The notes under the pieces are model-generated. The model made no database searches and had not been told where the DNA came from. It saw only the letters and a list, made by a program, of their open reading frames with translations. A DNA stretch of 64,000 nt from Azolla caroliniana. Lineage: Eukaryota; Plantae; Polypodiophyta. Positions 11,899 to 23,693 of the stretch are shown piece by piece. The stretch is taken from positions 14,570,001-14,634,000 of the forward strand of contig JBHGNT010000010.1 in the NCBI GenBank assembly GCA_043228905.1, read 5' to 3'. How positions within the stretch are numbered: the first letter of the stretch is position 1; every line of letters begins with the position of its first letter. Position numbers and translations under genes: made by a program.

Positions 11899-13685
11899 AA
11901 GAAGGAGAAGATAATGCGTGATATGCCATCCGGTTCGGAGCAAAGGTTCTCAGCGAACGACAACAAAGATACGCCCAAGTCAAGCGGGAACTTTGGGGTA
12001 TTGTGTCGGCAGTGAAGATGGACAAAGATTACCTGAGCGGGACGGAAGTGATAATAGAGACAGATTGTCTCCCAATCCTCGGAATGATCTCAGAATGTGC
12101 GAACCCAGATCTAGCTATGCTAAGGTGGATCACCTATATCAAGTCTTTAAACCCAGAGATTTGTCACATTGCAGGGAAGAAGAACGCCATGGCTGACATG
12201 TTGTCGAGGGCAAGATTGGAGAATGAAAGTGAAATGGTTTCGGAAGATGAAGATGTCACCCTCGACTTCTTCAAGATGGCTCAATTATCGGTGGAAGACA
12301 AGGATACGCTAACCTTCCACACCTTCAACGAGGACGAGTAAGAAGGGGAGTGGTTACTAATCGGCAGATTCCTAAGATCAATGTCGATGGATGCTTCGTT
12401 GACGAAGGAGGAGGCCCTACGAATCCGAGAGAAAGCTTACCAATACTTCTTGAAGGGAGGATTCCTTTGGCGACACCCAAAAAGAAGGATAGGAATACCA
12501 CGTCGAGTGGTGGTGAAGAAAGAAGAGCAAGTGACACTGATGACCGAATTCCATGAGAGTGCTTGGGTAGGTCATTGAGGAACATGGGCGACGTTCGAAA
12601 AGTTGAAGGAAAAGTATTGGTGGCCGAGCATGTACAAAGATGTACTCCATTTCGTGTCCACATGCGAAACTTGCCAAGTACATTCGAATATACATCATCG
12701 TGATAAGTTACGACCAAATGCCCGCTCACCATACACTTCAAATGGATGGTGGATCTAGTCTCGATGCCAATGGGAGTGGGACAAATGAAGTACTTAGTGC
12801 TGGCAAGTGAAGACTTGACAAATCAAGTGGAACGACAGGCCTTGACGAATAAACGACGTCAGCTATTTGCAAATTTCTACTTGAGGAGGTTGTTTGCCGA
12901 TACGGATGTGTGGGGAAGATAGTCGCCGATCGAGGGGAGTTGGATGCACACGAAGCAATGGAGCTTTTCGAACGACTAGGCGTGAAGCTCTCCCTCACGA
13001 CTGCCTACAATCCGGTAGCGAATGGGAAGATCGAGTGAGGGCATGGACCTATCGTCAAAGCCATTGTACGAGCATGCAACGGATGAGTCGGGAATTGGCC
13101 ACGACTATTGCCCTATGCCTTGTGGGCTGATAGAACGACACACAGCTCGGTGACAGGGTATATGCCAACGGAGCTTATGTATGGACAAAAGCCGGTGATG
13201 CCCATCGAAAGGACGATCGCCTCATGGGTAGCGATACCATGGGAGAACGAGATGAGCCAGGAAGAGTTATTAGCAACACGGATAAGGCAACTTGAAAGGA
13301 GACCTGAAGATCTAGAAAAAGCGCGAAAGATGATGGAGGCAGCTCGAGTAAAGAACAAAATTCGGTTCGACAAAACGCATCGACTACGTCCCAAGAAGTC
13401 GAAGAAGGGGATTGGGTATTAGTCTACGACAGTAGCCTTGACAATCAACACAGTACAACAAGGAAGTTCGCAAGAAGATGGTTTGGACCATATTTGGTGA
13501 CAAGTGCTAATGGCAATGCCACATACCACCTTGCGGAGCTAGATGGATCAAGGTTGGCAATACCCATTGCGGGAAAAAGAGTAAAGCTTTTCAAGAAAAG
13601 ACAAGACGAGGATACTGACCTCGATCACCTCGACGATGAAGATAGTAGGATAGAAGTAAATGAGGACGTGGAGGAGTCATACTGA
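11899..13685 (+). pseudogene. pol: gypsy RNase H + integrase (continuation of the 5236-13738 element)
   Basis: IETDCLPIL, ADMLSR, YWWP, ALWADRTT, RWFGPY motifs with stops/frameshifts. Confidence 0.85.
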
Positions 13686-13738
13686 TCATTACTGCCGAAA
13701 TCTCACTTTCTCTCTTCTTGGCACGTACCGGAGGACGT

Positions 13739-13855
13739 TGTCGCGTTATTACGCGCGTGCGTGTTGAAGGGGTGGGACCACGGGGGTTTCGAACGAGAGA
13801 GGAAGGGATGCCGAGAAGACGATTCCGGCCACGTCCCGGAAGCGACCGAACACGG

Positions 13856-13886
<31 letters not shown>

Positions 13887-14570
13887 CGCGCGCTACACCG
13901 ACTCTTATGCATAGGAAACAAAAGGGGTGGAATCACCCGACACTACCAGAGACGTGGATGTGCACAACCGAACATATATATATATATAAATATATTACAA
14001 TGGAAGAGTTACAACTCCGGCCCCAAACCGGACTGAGGTAAGCTAGGTCGCAATAGCTGCCTGTCGCTAAGCCGTCGTCGGGGAGCTCTTGGGCTTGTCG
14101 CACCGAGCGGGGTCTTGCACAGGAGGCCGAGCCGGCTACGCTCAGAAGAAGAGAAGCTAACCCTAGAAAGGAAAACACAAAACGGTATACCCTTACGAAT
14201 CAAAATGGGCAACCCCTTCACAAAGGGCGCTCCCTTCCTTTTATAGAACAAGGAGAGGGATGCGTTACAATGTGGGATAAATCTCGACTTACATGGGATT
14301 CTCTGTCCCGACTTGACCCCTATTTTTCACACATTTATACAAGGTGCACTCCGCCGATTCTTCTGACATTCTTCGATTCCGCCTAGGGACGGTTTTCTCC
14401 ACGACATCCGCCCACACCTAACCGCGAATCCACCGGTATGCGCCAAAATAGACCTTTTTCTCGGAGAAGACCGGCCCGCGCTTACCCTTCGTCCTCCGGA
14501 TCGCCATTCGCTTCAAACTGGTCGTCCCTGCGATCCAAGTCACCCGGGTCCGGTTCATCCTCATGCGCTT
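13739..14570 (-). mobile_element. Ty3/gypsy (Trp-PBS family) 3' remnant: 3' LTR 13739-14406, PPT, integrase tail
   Basis: LTR termini match the family (TGTCGTGGAGAAAACCG...ACGCGACA on minus); PPT 14407-14420; KRHEDEPD integrase tail to ~14570. Confidence 0.85.
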
Positions 14571-14574
14571 GCCT

Positions 14575-16706
14575 CTCCGTAGGCCCATTCGACCCGTCGA
14601 TAGGTCGTTCTCCGCGACCCCGTAGCATGGGTACTTCGTTGTCAGCCCTTTACATGACCGAAGGTAGGCTCCACTATCCGCCGTAAGCTTTTAGTCCCGG
14701 TGCAGGTGCTCAAAATCATCGGTCTTTTGCTTCAGCTTTTGGTTGAGTTGCCGGCAAGCGCGGTCTTCCCGGTCCTTCTGTTGACGGAGTTCTTCTTTCA
14801 GCCTTTCGATTTCTGTTTTCGCCATCCGTCGCAGCTTCTCCTTTTCTTGCAGTGCCTTCTCTTTCTCCTCCTTCAGTCGGTCATAGGCCTGATGTCCTTT
14901 CCGTAGATTCTCTTCTGCCCGGCATAGGTTCTTAGCAGTCTTTTGTTGCTCTTCTTCTGCCTATCTTCAAGTTCCGCTCTCGGGTGTGTAATGCTTCCTG
15001 TGCGGCCAGTTCATCTCTTAATTTAGCAAGCTCTTTTGCTTGCACCGCCACTATCTCCGGGGTCTTATTGCTATGCACAGGTGCCAATGCTTCTTTATTC
15101 TGCACATCTACCGGAGTCACCAGTGCTTGGAGTTCTGGTCCGGTTAAGGCCATTTTGGCCAATTCTTTTGTAGCCAAGTCCAAGTCTTATTCTAGGCTCT
15201 GGATCCTTGACTGGGCCGTCTTTAGTTCTCTAGTTGTGACGAGCAACCGGTCCATCTGCACTTTCTCTTCCGCCTCTATGTAATGTACCACTCCGGCAAT
15301 CTGTTCTCCAATCCACCAGAGCCATTGGTTGCTGGTGCCCTGTTGTTGCGTTTGTCGGGAGGGTTGGCTGTTGGTGTCGTTGGCCAGTGGTCGGTTTTGT
15401 CCTATTGCGTCGAGCTGCAACTCTGGCTCTTGTTGGTGACCACTTTGCCATTCTGGTTGTGGCTCCGTTGGCCGCTCCACCTCTGAATGCTCTTGGCCTG
15501 CTGGTGGGGTAGGCAACTGTACTTCCGGCGCTTGCATTTCAGGTCTTGCTGTATCCTGACCCGTCGATAGAGGTTGCTGTGCAGGGAGCTCTGTGACCGG
15601 TTCTGTCCGAACCGGTTCCGGTTCCATCCTTGGTGCGGGCTGCTCAGTGCAGGGTACAAGCATTCCATCCTTCTTTGGGTCCGAACGCTCCCCGACATGT
15701 TCAGAGGTGCTTGCCTTCTGGCGCCGCTGGAGGTGCTCTAACGGTTCCTCCTCCGCTTCCTCCTCCTGAGTCCCGATGTTGATTTTCGCTACCAAGGGGT
15801 CCGACGCTTGTTGAACCGGTCGACTAAGCCTGATCTTGATTGGCTGTACCGGTGGCTCCTCCTGGGTTTCTGCCTGCCGCTTCCTATTGGCGCGCTCCTT
15901 TGCCGCATGGTCCGTGTCGGCTACCTTCCCTTTGGTTGCCTTAGAAGACAACAGCTACTGTCGTTTCGAGGCCGTTTTCGGGGTGCCTTTGGTTGTCCTT
16001 CCCCGCTTCGTGGTCTTGACGGGCTCGATAGGTGGTGCCAATAGGGTGAGCCATTGCGCCACTGCCGTCCATATCTTCTGACCCTCTTTGCCTCTGACAG
16101 AGTCGATGGCCACACAAAGGCCATCCGCAATCAGTACCACCTAGTCCACCTTCACGCCTTCATATGTGGCTATGATTAAGTCAGCCCGGTTCTAGGGCAT
16201 GCACGGGGGTCGAGGGTATACATGCACAAATTCATGGAGCACATGGGCAATCTCTCGAAAGAGAGGGCCTTCGCCGCCCTGTGTCCGGTAGGCCTTGCTT
16301 GCCAGAGAGTATTCCCCAAAATATTTTCGGAGCTGTTCCGGGGTAGGGTTGTCGATATTGAAGATTCCCCCTCTGGAAGGCCAATCAACGCATGGATGGC
16401 CTCCTCAGAAATCAGCTCCGTGTCGATTTCTTTGACTATCTTCTCCGCCTCCCGGTGCAGTGGTGCCTCCATGATGGTGAGGAAACCCTCTAAGCCGTGT
16501 TGCCTTAGCCACTTCTTGGCTACTTCAGAGAGTGCTTGGCAGTCCATGGCTTCGTCGAGGTCGGTGAGCGCTGGTGAGGGTTGTGTGTAAGGAGTCTCTG
16601 TGTGCGTGGGCTCGCATCTACTGATCTTCAATCGCCTGTCTGCGTTTGTGCTCCTCTGTTCATGAAATGTGAGGGTTTCTATGTGGCGGGGGTCTTCTTG
16701 TTGCAT
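14575..16706 (-). pseudogene. Extra retrotransposon ORF downstream of integrase (unknown function; N-terminal globular, Q/P/E-rich middle, coiled-coil C-terminus)
   Basis: Successive minus-strand ORFs 16176..16706, 15955..16140, 15187..15951 and 14932..15183, mostly separated by single stops. Confidence 0.6.
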
Positions 16707-17049
16707 GTTGGCGCCAACTTTTTTCTTACCTGCGCATGTGCACGTCGTGTACTAAAATAGAATGTCTTGCCATGTGGCGGTGGTTTAATACCCTATTAAT
16801 AGCCCACTACGTACCTTTTCAAAGTGCCTGTTCACTCCTTGTTTTTGCATGTGTCTGTTCACCCCTCGCCCTTGCATGATTTACTTTGATTTGATTTGAT
16901 TTGATTTTTTTATTTTTTATTTTTGTTTAAATGGTTTTGGTAATTCGCAACCGGTCCCACTCGACCCCTATCCGGATTGTGGTGTTTGCCGGCCGTTGGA
17001 CCGCTTGCCGTCACTTCCGACTTACCGGTGTCCAGTTCTGTGTTGCCCT

Positions 17050-20000
17050 TCACTTGTTCAAATGGGTTTCTTGGCATGGGTCCATTGTATGGTTTGAGTT
17101 GGAACCTATTTACCCATTTACCCAGAACCTCGCCAGCGAGTTTCCCTAATTGATAGGAACCGTTGAACTCCCGCGTAATCTAGTATGGTCTGGTCCACCA
17201 AAACCGTAGTTTTCCCGGCATCTTACCCATCTGGGTCTGGAACACGAGTACCGGCTTACCAATTCCGAACATCTTTTCGTTCCCTTTTTGGTGACGATCC
17301 ACGAACGCTTTCCTTCGCCGTTGCTCTAGTTCTAGCTGCATGATGCTGGCTAGTTGGTGTTCTTCCAATTCGCACAACGTGTTTAACCGGATAGCTTCCG
17401 ATTCCTTCTCATTTAGGCGTTTCCGAATTTGTATTTGTAAACTTGGTACCTGGAACTCTACCAGTATCACTGCTTCCAATCTGAATGCTAGGCAGAACGG
17501 TGTTATGCGGATACTTGTCTTATATGCCGTTCGGTAGGCCCAGAGTGCACTGTGCATCTTTGTATCCCAATCCGTCCGGTTCTCATTGACAATTTTCCGT
17601 AGGATATTTTGTAGTGTTTTATTTTTTGACTCTGCTAATCCGTTGGCTTGCGAATAATAGGGAGTGCTCCGTTTGTGCACCACCGAATAAAATGTCGTCA
17701 AACTTTCCACTACTTGCCCTAAGAAGTTCCCATCTTGGTCACTTATGAGCTCTATCGGACATCCATATCGACACAATATGCATTCATATAAAAATTTTGC
17801 CGTGGAAGCCGCAGTGTTTTCGCGTAGTGCTTTCGCGTCCACCCATTTCGTGCAGTACCGGTTTACGTACCGGTTGCCAGTTCTCATTGCCGGTGGTTTG
17901 AACGGACTGACAAAATCTAGACCCCATTTCTGAAATGGTTCTAACGGTAGCATAGGTTGGTGAGGCATTCTGGCTTGTTCGGTTGGTTGGCCCATTCGTT
18001 GACATAGGTCGCATTCTTTAGCTTACCGGACTGCATGCTTCAATATTGTCGGCCACCATAGTCCACTCTGCCATATTTTCCTTGTCGTAGTGTCTCCGGC
18101 ATAATGTCCTCCAGCCACGCCGCAGTGTGCTTCACGCAATATTATTTCCTTTTCGTCGCTCCGCACTGCACGCCGCCATATGCCATCTGCGCCTTTGTGG
18201 TACAGGGTGTCCTGTAATAGACAGAAGTGCCGGCTTTGAACTGCTAAGCGTTTCCTCTCGTCTCTGTTCATCTCCTCCGGAGGTAAACCGGTGCTCAGAA
18301 ATTGGTGCATGTTGGTAAGCCACTTGTCTTCCTCTGGGACCGTACTATCCGTTGCCGTTTCTGCTGTGACTCTAAACAGCTCTACATCCGGAAAGTCGTC
18401 TGGGACTCCGTCACCGGTTTCGCCGGAATTAAATAGTCTGCTACTGCATGTTGTATGCCGGGTCAGTGGAATATCTCGAACTCGAATTCTTGCAGTAGTA
18501 ACGTCCACCGGGCCAGCTTACCGGTGACTGATGCTTTGGACACCAAATAGAGGAGCGCCGAATGATCTACGTGAAAGGAAAATTTCCTTCCCAACAGATA
18601 GTGTCTAAACTTGGTGACACTATAGATCATACCCAAAGCCTCCCTTTCTGTCATTGAATAATTACGTTCCGTTTGGGACAGCTTCCGGTTGGCATAATAG
18701 ACTGGTCGGTACCATTTCGGCTCTGTAAGTTGCATCAGCGCGCTTCTGATTGCAATGTCAAACGTGTCAACGAACACATGGAACTCTTTAGACCAATCCA
18801 GAGGTTGCACTACTGGCGCTTGTGACAACAGTACTTTTAGTGCCCGGTAAGCCTGGTCTTCTGTGTCCGTCCATGAAAACGGTGTCCAATGTACCGCGGC
18901 ATGCAGTGGTGTAGCCAGGTCTACCAGATACCGGAGCATTCTGCTATGCCACTGAATTTGTCCCAAGAACCGGCTTAGTGCCTTTGCCGTGGCTGGTGCC
19001 GGTGCCTCCAGGCTTGCTTTTACTTTGTCCGGATCCACTGCGATAATGAATTCTCTGAAAATCTCCATGCTGATCCGTTGGAAGGTTGTCGGCGCCGTTT
19101 TTAGTCCGAACATCATCACTAAGGCAACAAAAACTCCCCATTCAGTGACAAAAGCGGTTTTCTCCTGGTCAGCGGGGTGCATCCGGATCTAATTATAGCC
19201 GCTGAAACCATCCAGAAAACTTTAGACCTCATAACCAGCGACCGCATCCAGGACTCCATCCGTGAATGGAAGTGGGAAGGCATCTCTTACTGTAGCCGCA
19301 TTCAATTTCTGGTAGTTGACGCACACTCTGATCTTACCGTTCTTTTTGGGTACTACCACTATCGGGCTGAGCCATGTGGCTTTCTTTACTAGTCGGATGA
19401 AGCCCACTCTTAACAACTTGTCGATTTCTTCTTTGACTTTTGTTGCGTAATTCGGGTTCATCCGGTAACGTTGTCATGCTACCGGTTTGGTGTCTTTACT
19501 CAGATGTATCTAGTGTTGATACAACTGAGGATCGAGTCCCGGCATGTCCTCGTAGGACCAGACGAACACATCACGAAATTCTTTTAGGAGTGTGATCATT
19601 GCCATTTTGTTCTCCGAAGTTATTTCCTTGGCGATGTGCATCGGTCTTGTGTCCTCTGTGATACCTAGGTTTACCTCTTCTAGTTGGGATGCTTTCACGA
19701 GCTACGATACTGCCATTTCTTTTTCCAGTGCCTCCTGTGCTTGCCGTAATTCCCGGATTGCTTCTTTATCCGGTTCCTCGTCGGTCCCGTCCGGTTGCAG
19801 TACGTACGGTGATACTGCTTCGGCTACATCAATCTCGAATAGAGGTACGATCTTTGGATTTTCCTGTAAGTATTGATCGACCTCTTCGTCCGGCAATCCT
19901 TCCAGCATGTTGACACAGTCCGCATATAGCGGCGTTGATTCCTTGCCGGTACCGGATCGTGGTTGAGTCGGCACTCGTACTTTCGCTTTTCCACACCGGA

Positions 20001-22303
20001 ACGTAATTATATTCTTCCTCCAGTTTTGCTTTATGTGTGTTGTTTTTAACCAAGGGCGTCCCAACAATAGTGGGTACGCTCCCTGAGCCTGTAGTTGGAG
20101 AACTACTGCGGAAATGTGAAATGTGTGACCCCCGATGGTCACTTCTAGATCGCGTATTAATCCGGTCGGCCGTACTGAGCTAGTGTCCACCATCCGAAGC
20201 CAAAACGGGCACGGTTCCCAGTCCTGAATTCCTAGCATGTTACACGTTCGGAGGCTGATCACGTTCACGTCGGATCCTCCATTGATAATCGTGCCCGGTA
20301 GCTCCTTTCCTTTCACGATGGTTGTGATTGCTGGACTACTCGTGTCCACCACTGCCAGTCCTTCCTTCGGATTTGAAAAGAATGCCGAAGCTAGTGGTGT
20401 GTTAGCTGTCGTCCTTCTTGTCTCCAGTCCTATCGTGAAGCGTGGTACCAGTTGCAACAGCCGGCCTAACGGCAACGTGATTTGGCATTCTTGTAACGCC
20501 TGCCATGTTGGGTTTTCGGGTTGCCCCGGGCCGGTGAGCTCTTCGGCATTCTCCTTTTGTTGTTCGAGCTCTACCGCATTCCGCTCATTTGCCTTCTTCA
20601 CCCATTCGGTTGCCTGCTTCCGGATGGCTTCTTGAGTTTCCCACTCCGTGGCTTTGCCTTTTGATCTTGTAGTGACTTGTTTTATGTTCACGACTTCCGC
20701 ATCTACCATGCTCACCGTTGGTCGCTTGTCATAGCTCTTTGTTGGACATTGATTACTATAGTGGCTCTCTTGACGATAGTAATAGCAGTATGGCTTCTGA
20801 GTGTTGCTGGATTCGGCGTGTGTGCTTGGTGGCGGATTGGGGGTAAGTGCTTGCTTTTGGTCTGGTTGGCTGCTCGGAACGCCCTTTTCCAATTCTCGTG
20901 GATGACCCCCCTTTTGTTGAAATGACGTTTCTTATTGAAATTCTTTTTGTTGCGGTATCCTTGTCGGGGCTGGTCGTCATCCTTGCCATAGTGGTCCCGT
21001 CGGTGGTTGTAACCAGGGGAGTGATCCCGGTTATATCTTTCATACTGTCCATTATAGTCCCGGTATCTATCCTGTCTATCATACCAGTCATAAGCGTCTC
21101 TTCGATCGCTATACCGGACATCTTGTGCCGGCCGGTAGCGCTCCTCTCGCCGCTAGCGCTCTTCTTCTTCCTCCCGGTTGCTCCGTGGTTCAATTTGCCA
21201 AACCGGTGGTGCTTGTCCATTTAACAAGTTATACTCACACCGTTCCATTGTGTGACTTCTGGAGTGCCAAAGCAAGCATTGGGAACGCATGGTGTCCAGC
21301 GCCGAATGTCCGGCATTCAAGCATACCGTACATTGAACTGCTTGCCGAAAACGGAGGTCCTCTTCTGTCGGTAGTGTACGCTAAAGTGTGCCCATGGTTA
21401 GCCATGAACTCGAGTTTTCCATTTCCCAAACTCGGTCAATCACTTGATCTATGCTACGGGTGCGGAAATCGATGACGGTGCACACCGTCCGTAAGGGTTC
21501 CCGGAGTGCTGCTAAGAATATGGCCTTTGTTTCTTCATCCGGTGGTGTCCGACTGAGCTGACTGTGGATCCGCTGGAACCGGATGACAAACTGTTGGATG
21601 TTCTCCATTGGTTCCTGCCAGATACTGTAAAATAAGCCGACCATTTCCCGTTGGTCCATCTCCTTGTGGAAGAAATGCAGGAATTTTTTCTCTAATGTTT
21701 CAAACGTGGGGATGGTGCTGGGATCCTGTGTTCGGTGCCATATGGCGGCCGGTCCCTCCAAGGTCATGCCGAACTCTGCCTATTTTGAGCGTTCCTCTTC
21801 GGCTGCATTTAAGCGTTGGGACACATGGTTCGCCTCCCAGGTCTACTGAAACGTATGGACGTGGGCTTCCGCGTCCGGATCATCCCGGTATCTGGGATAT
21901 TGGAACGACATATCGTCGTCTGGTGTCGGTACACGGGCTGGTGGTGTCGGTGGTCGTTCCTCCTCTGGTGGTGTCAAAGGTTTTTCCAGGTCTTTTGTCG
22001 CCCTCGTCCTCTGGTCCGCATGGGGTGTCGTTACTACTGCAGTAGTTCGTCTACGCGCTGTATTCCCCGTCCGAACCCGATTCAAATGCCTAAAATGCTT
22101 CGGGTTCACCTTCCCCTGCTCCCAATGCCTGGAGAAGGGATTCCGCTTCCCAGAGGCTGCTTAGGCTGCTTCCTTCGTCCGGGTAAGCATTTTGTGGTAA
22201 CCGAAGTGACTCCTTGGCCACTCTCCAGATCACCTTGGAAAATGACTAATCCGCTCTGATTTCTTCTGCCGTTTGCTGGAAAGCCTCTCGCTTCCTCGGC
22301 CAT
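17050..22303 (-). pseudogene. pol: gypsy gag-pol, degenerate
   Basis: IINGGSDVN protease, WLSPIVVVPKKNG, EKTAFVT, RPVYYA, EREALG, HCGVAGGH, KWGLDFV, NGLAE motifs. Confidence 0.88.
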
Positions 22304-22478
22304 TCAGCAAGTCTCCTTGCTTGCTCCGTAACCGGGTCGTTCGTTGGTCGCGTCATCCATTCTCGCCGATGTTCGTTGCAATTGTGCAAGAATCGTGGTC
22401 GCCAAAAACTGTGTTACTCCTTAGGGCCGGAAAATGGCCTAACACAGGGTGTCTCCGGAACACACTTCACCAAAGGGG

Positions 22479-22856
22479 TGTTACGGCGAGATAACTTAAG
22501 ACACAATGATTAATTCGACTTAATTGGCTACTTAGCAATAAGGCATACACTTAATACACGTGTAGGATATAACAATTAATACAGAACGGTAATCAATACG
22601 TGAAGATAAAACAAGAAGCTTATATTAATTCTCCGTTAAAGTTATACATTGTAACCAAGCCTTTATATAGGTCACCGGTGCTGCTTACAAAAACGGTGTC
22701 AACCGGCACCTATTCGAAACCGGTCCGGATCCGGATCGGCATACCAATTTCGGTCTGTCCGTTCACTACATAATTATAATCTACGTAATTAAAATATATT
22801 CCGGATAACCATCCCTTTCACTTTCTGGTCTGTGCACCTTTGCCGGCAGGGTAACA
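22479..22856 (-). repeat. 5' LTR (378 bp) of the extra-ORF gypsy
   Basis: TGTTAC/GTAACA terminal inverted repeats, TATATAAA, TGG-starting PBS 6 nt downstream. Confidence 0.82.
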
Positions 22857-23000
22857 GAGAACGTGTATCCGGACGTGGATTGGAGATCGGCCGCGTCGCC
22901 AACCCAATCAACATCGGTGTAGCCGGCCAACTACAAGGCTGTACCTTTCCGATATAGCAGTCCCCGGTCCTTAGTGTTGCTTACATACTGCAGTACGCGT

Positions 23001-23649
23001 TGTTGTGAAGAAAACCGGCCATAGGCGGAATCAGAGAAGAAAGCGCATGAACCGGCTCTTACATGGATGGACGCACGACTTGATGTTTTGTACCCAAGTC
23101 ATAAAGGGATCGGTGGGTGAAAGATACTAGGAGGCACACGTTTATCAAGGGGATTGTGCGTATCCCTGTCAGGGGGGGCGACAGGGAATAAAAGGGAGAA
23201 CAGAGAGAGGAGAAAGATATCGCGTGTTGGGGAAAAGAAGGGGAGGCGTTGTTGCAAAATGGAGGCGGAGCTCTCTCTCTTCTACTCGAATCGTCGCTCT
23301 CTGCAGGTGTCGGGAGGTCGCTGCCTTTGCTTCGTGGACAGCCCGTGTGCTTCCAGCAGAGTCGCTCCCTTTCCCCCTTTTTTTTTTTTTTGTTTCTTGG
23401 AGTCGTGTGACTGTCGTCGATGCGCGTGAGTAGGGCCCCGTGTCGGGTCCGTCGCCGCCTGGTCGGTTGTAACCGTCGGGGGTTTGTAATCTCTTGTCAT
23501 TATAATTGAGTGTTATGATTCTATCTCTCTCTTTCTCGCTTCTACGTGTCGGTGAACCTCTCTCTCTATCTCTCTCTCTCTTTCTCTCCTCGGTCCAAGA
23601 CCCCCGTGGTCCCGCCCCTTTCTACACGCACGCGTGTAACAACGCGACA
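23001..23649 (+). repeat. 5' LTR (649 bp)
   Basis: Direct repeat of 37154-37814. Confidence 0.92.
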
Positions 23650-23693
23650 TCTTTGGTGAACCCGACGTGAAAGGGTGGCAAAGGAGTCCAAAG

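Larger units (their letters stand above)
5236..13738 (+). mobile_element. Ty3/gypsy (Trp-PBS family, divergent subfamily), degenerate, interrupted by copia at 7710-11898 and truncated at 13739
   Basis: Partial 5' LTR 5236-~5414, PBS TGGTGAACCCGACGTGAA 5422-5439, gag, RT (FIQDLQPVNK, PFLDDIPIKG), RNase H, integrase; protease region deleted near 6060. Confidence 0.88.
14571..22856 (-). mobile_element. Ty3/gypsy non-chromovirus element with extra 3' ORF; 3' LTR lost
   Basis: 5' LTR 22479-22856 (TGTTAC...GTAACA), gag, zinc knuckle, protease, RT, RNase H, integrase in gypsy order, followed by an extra sense ORF. Confidence 0.88.
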
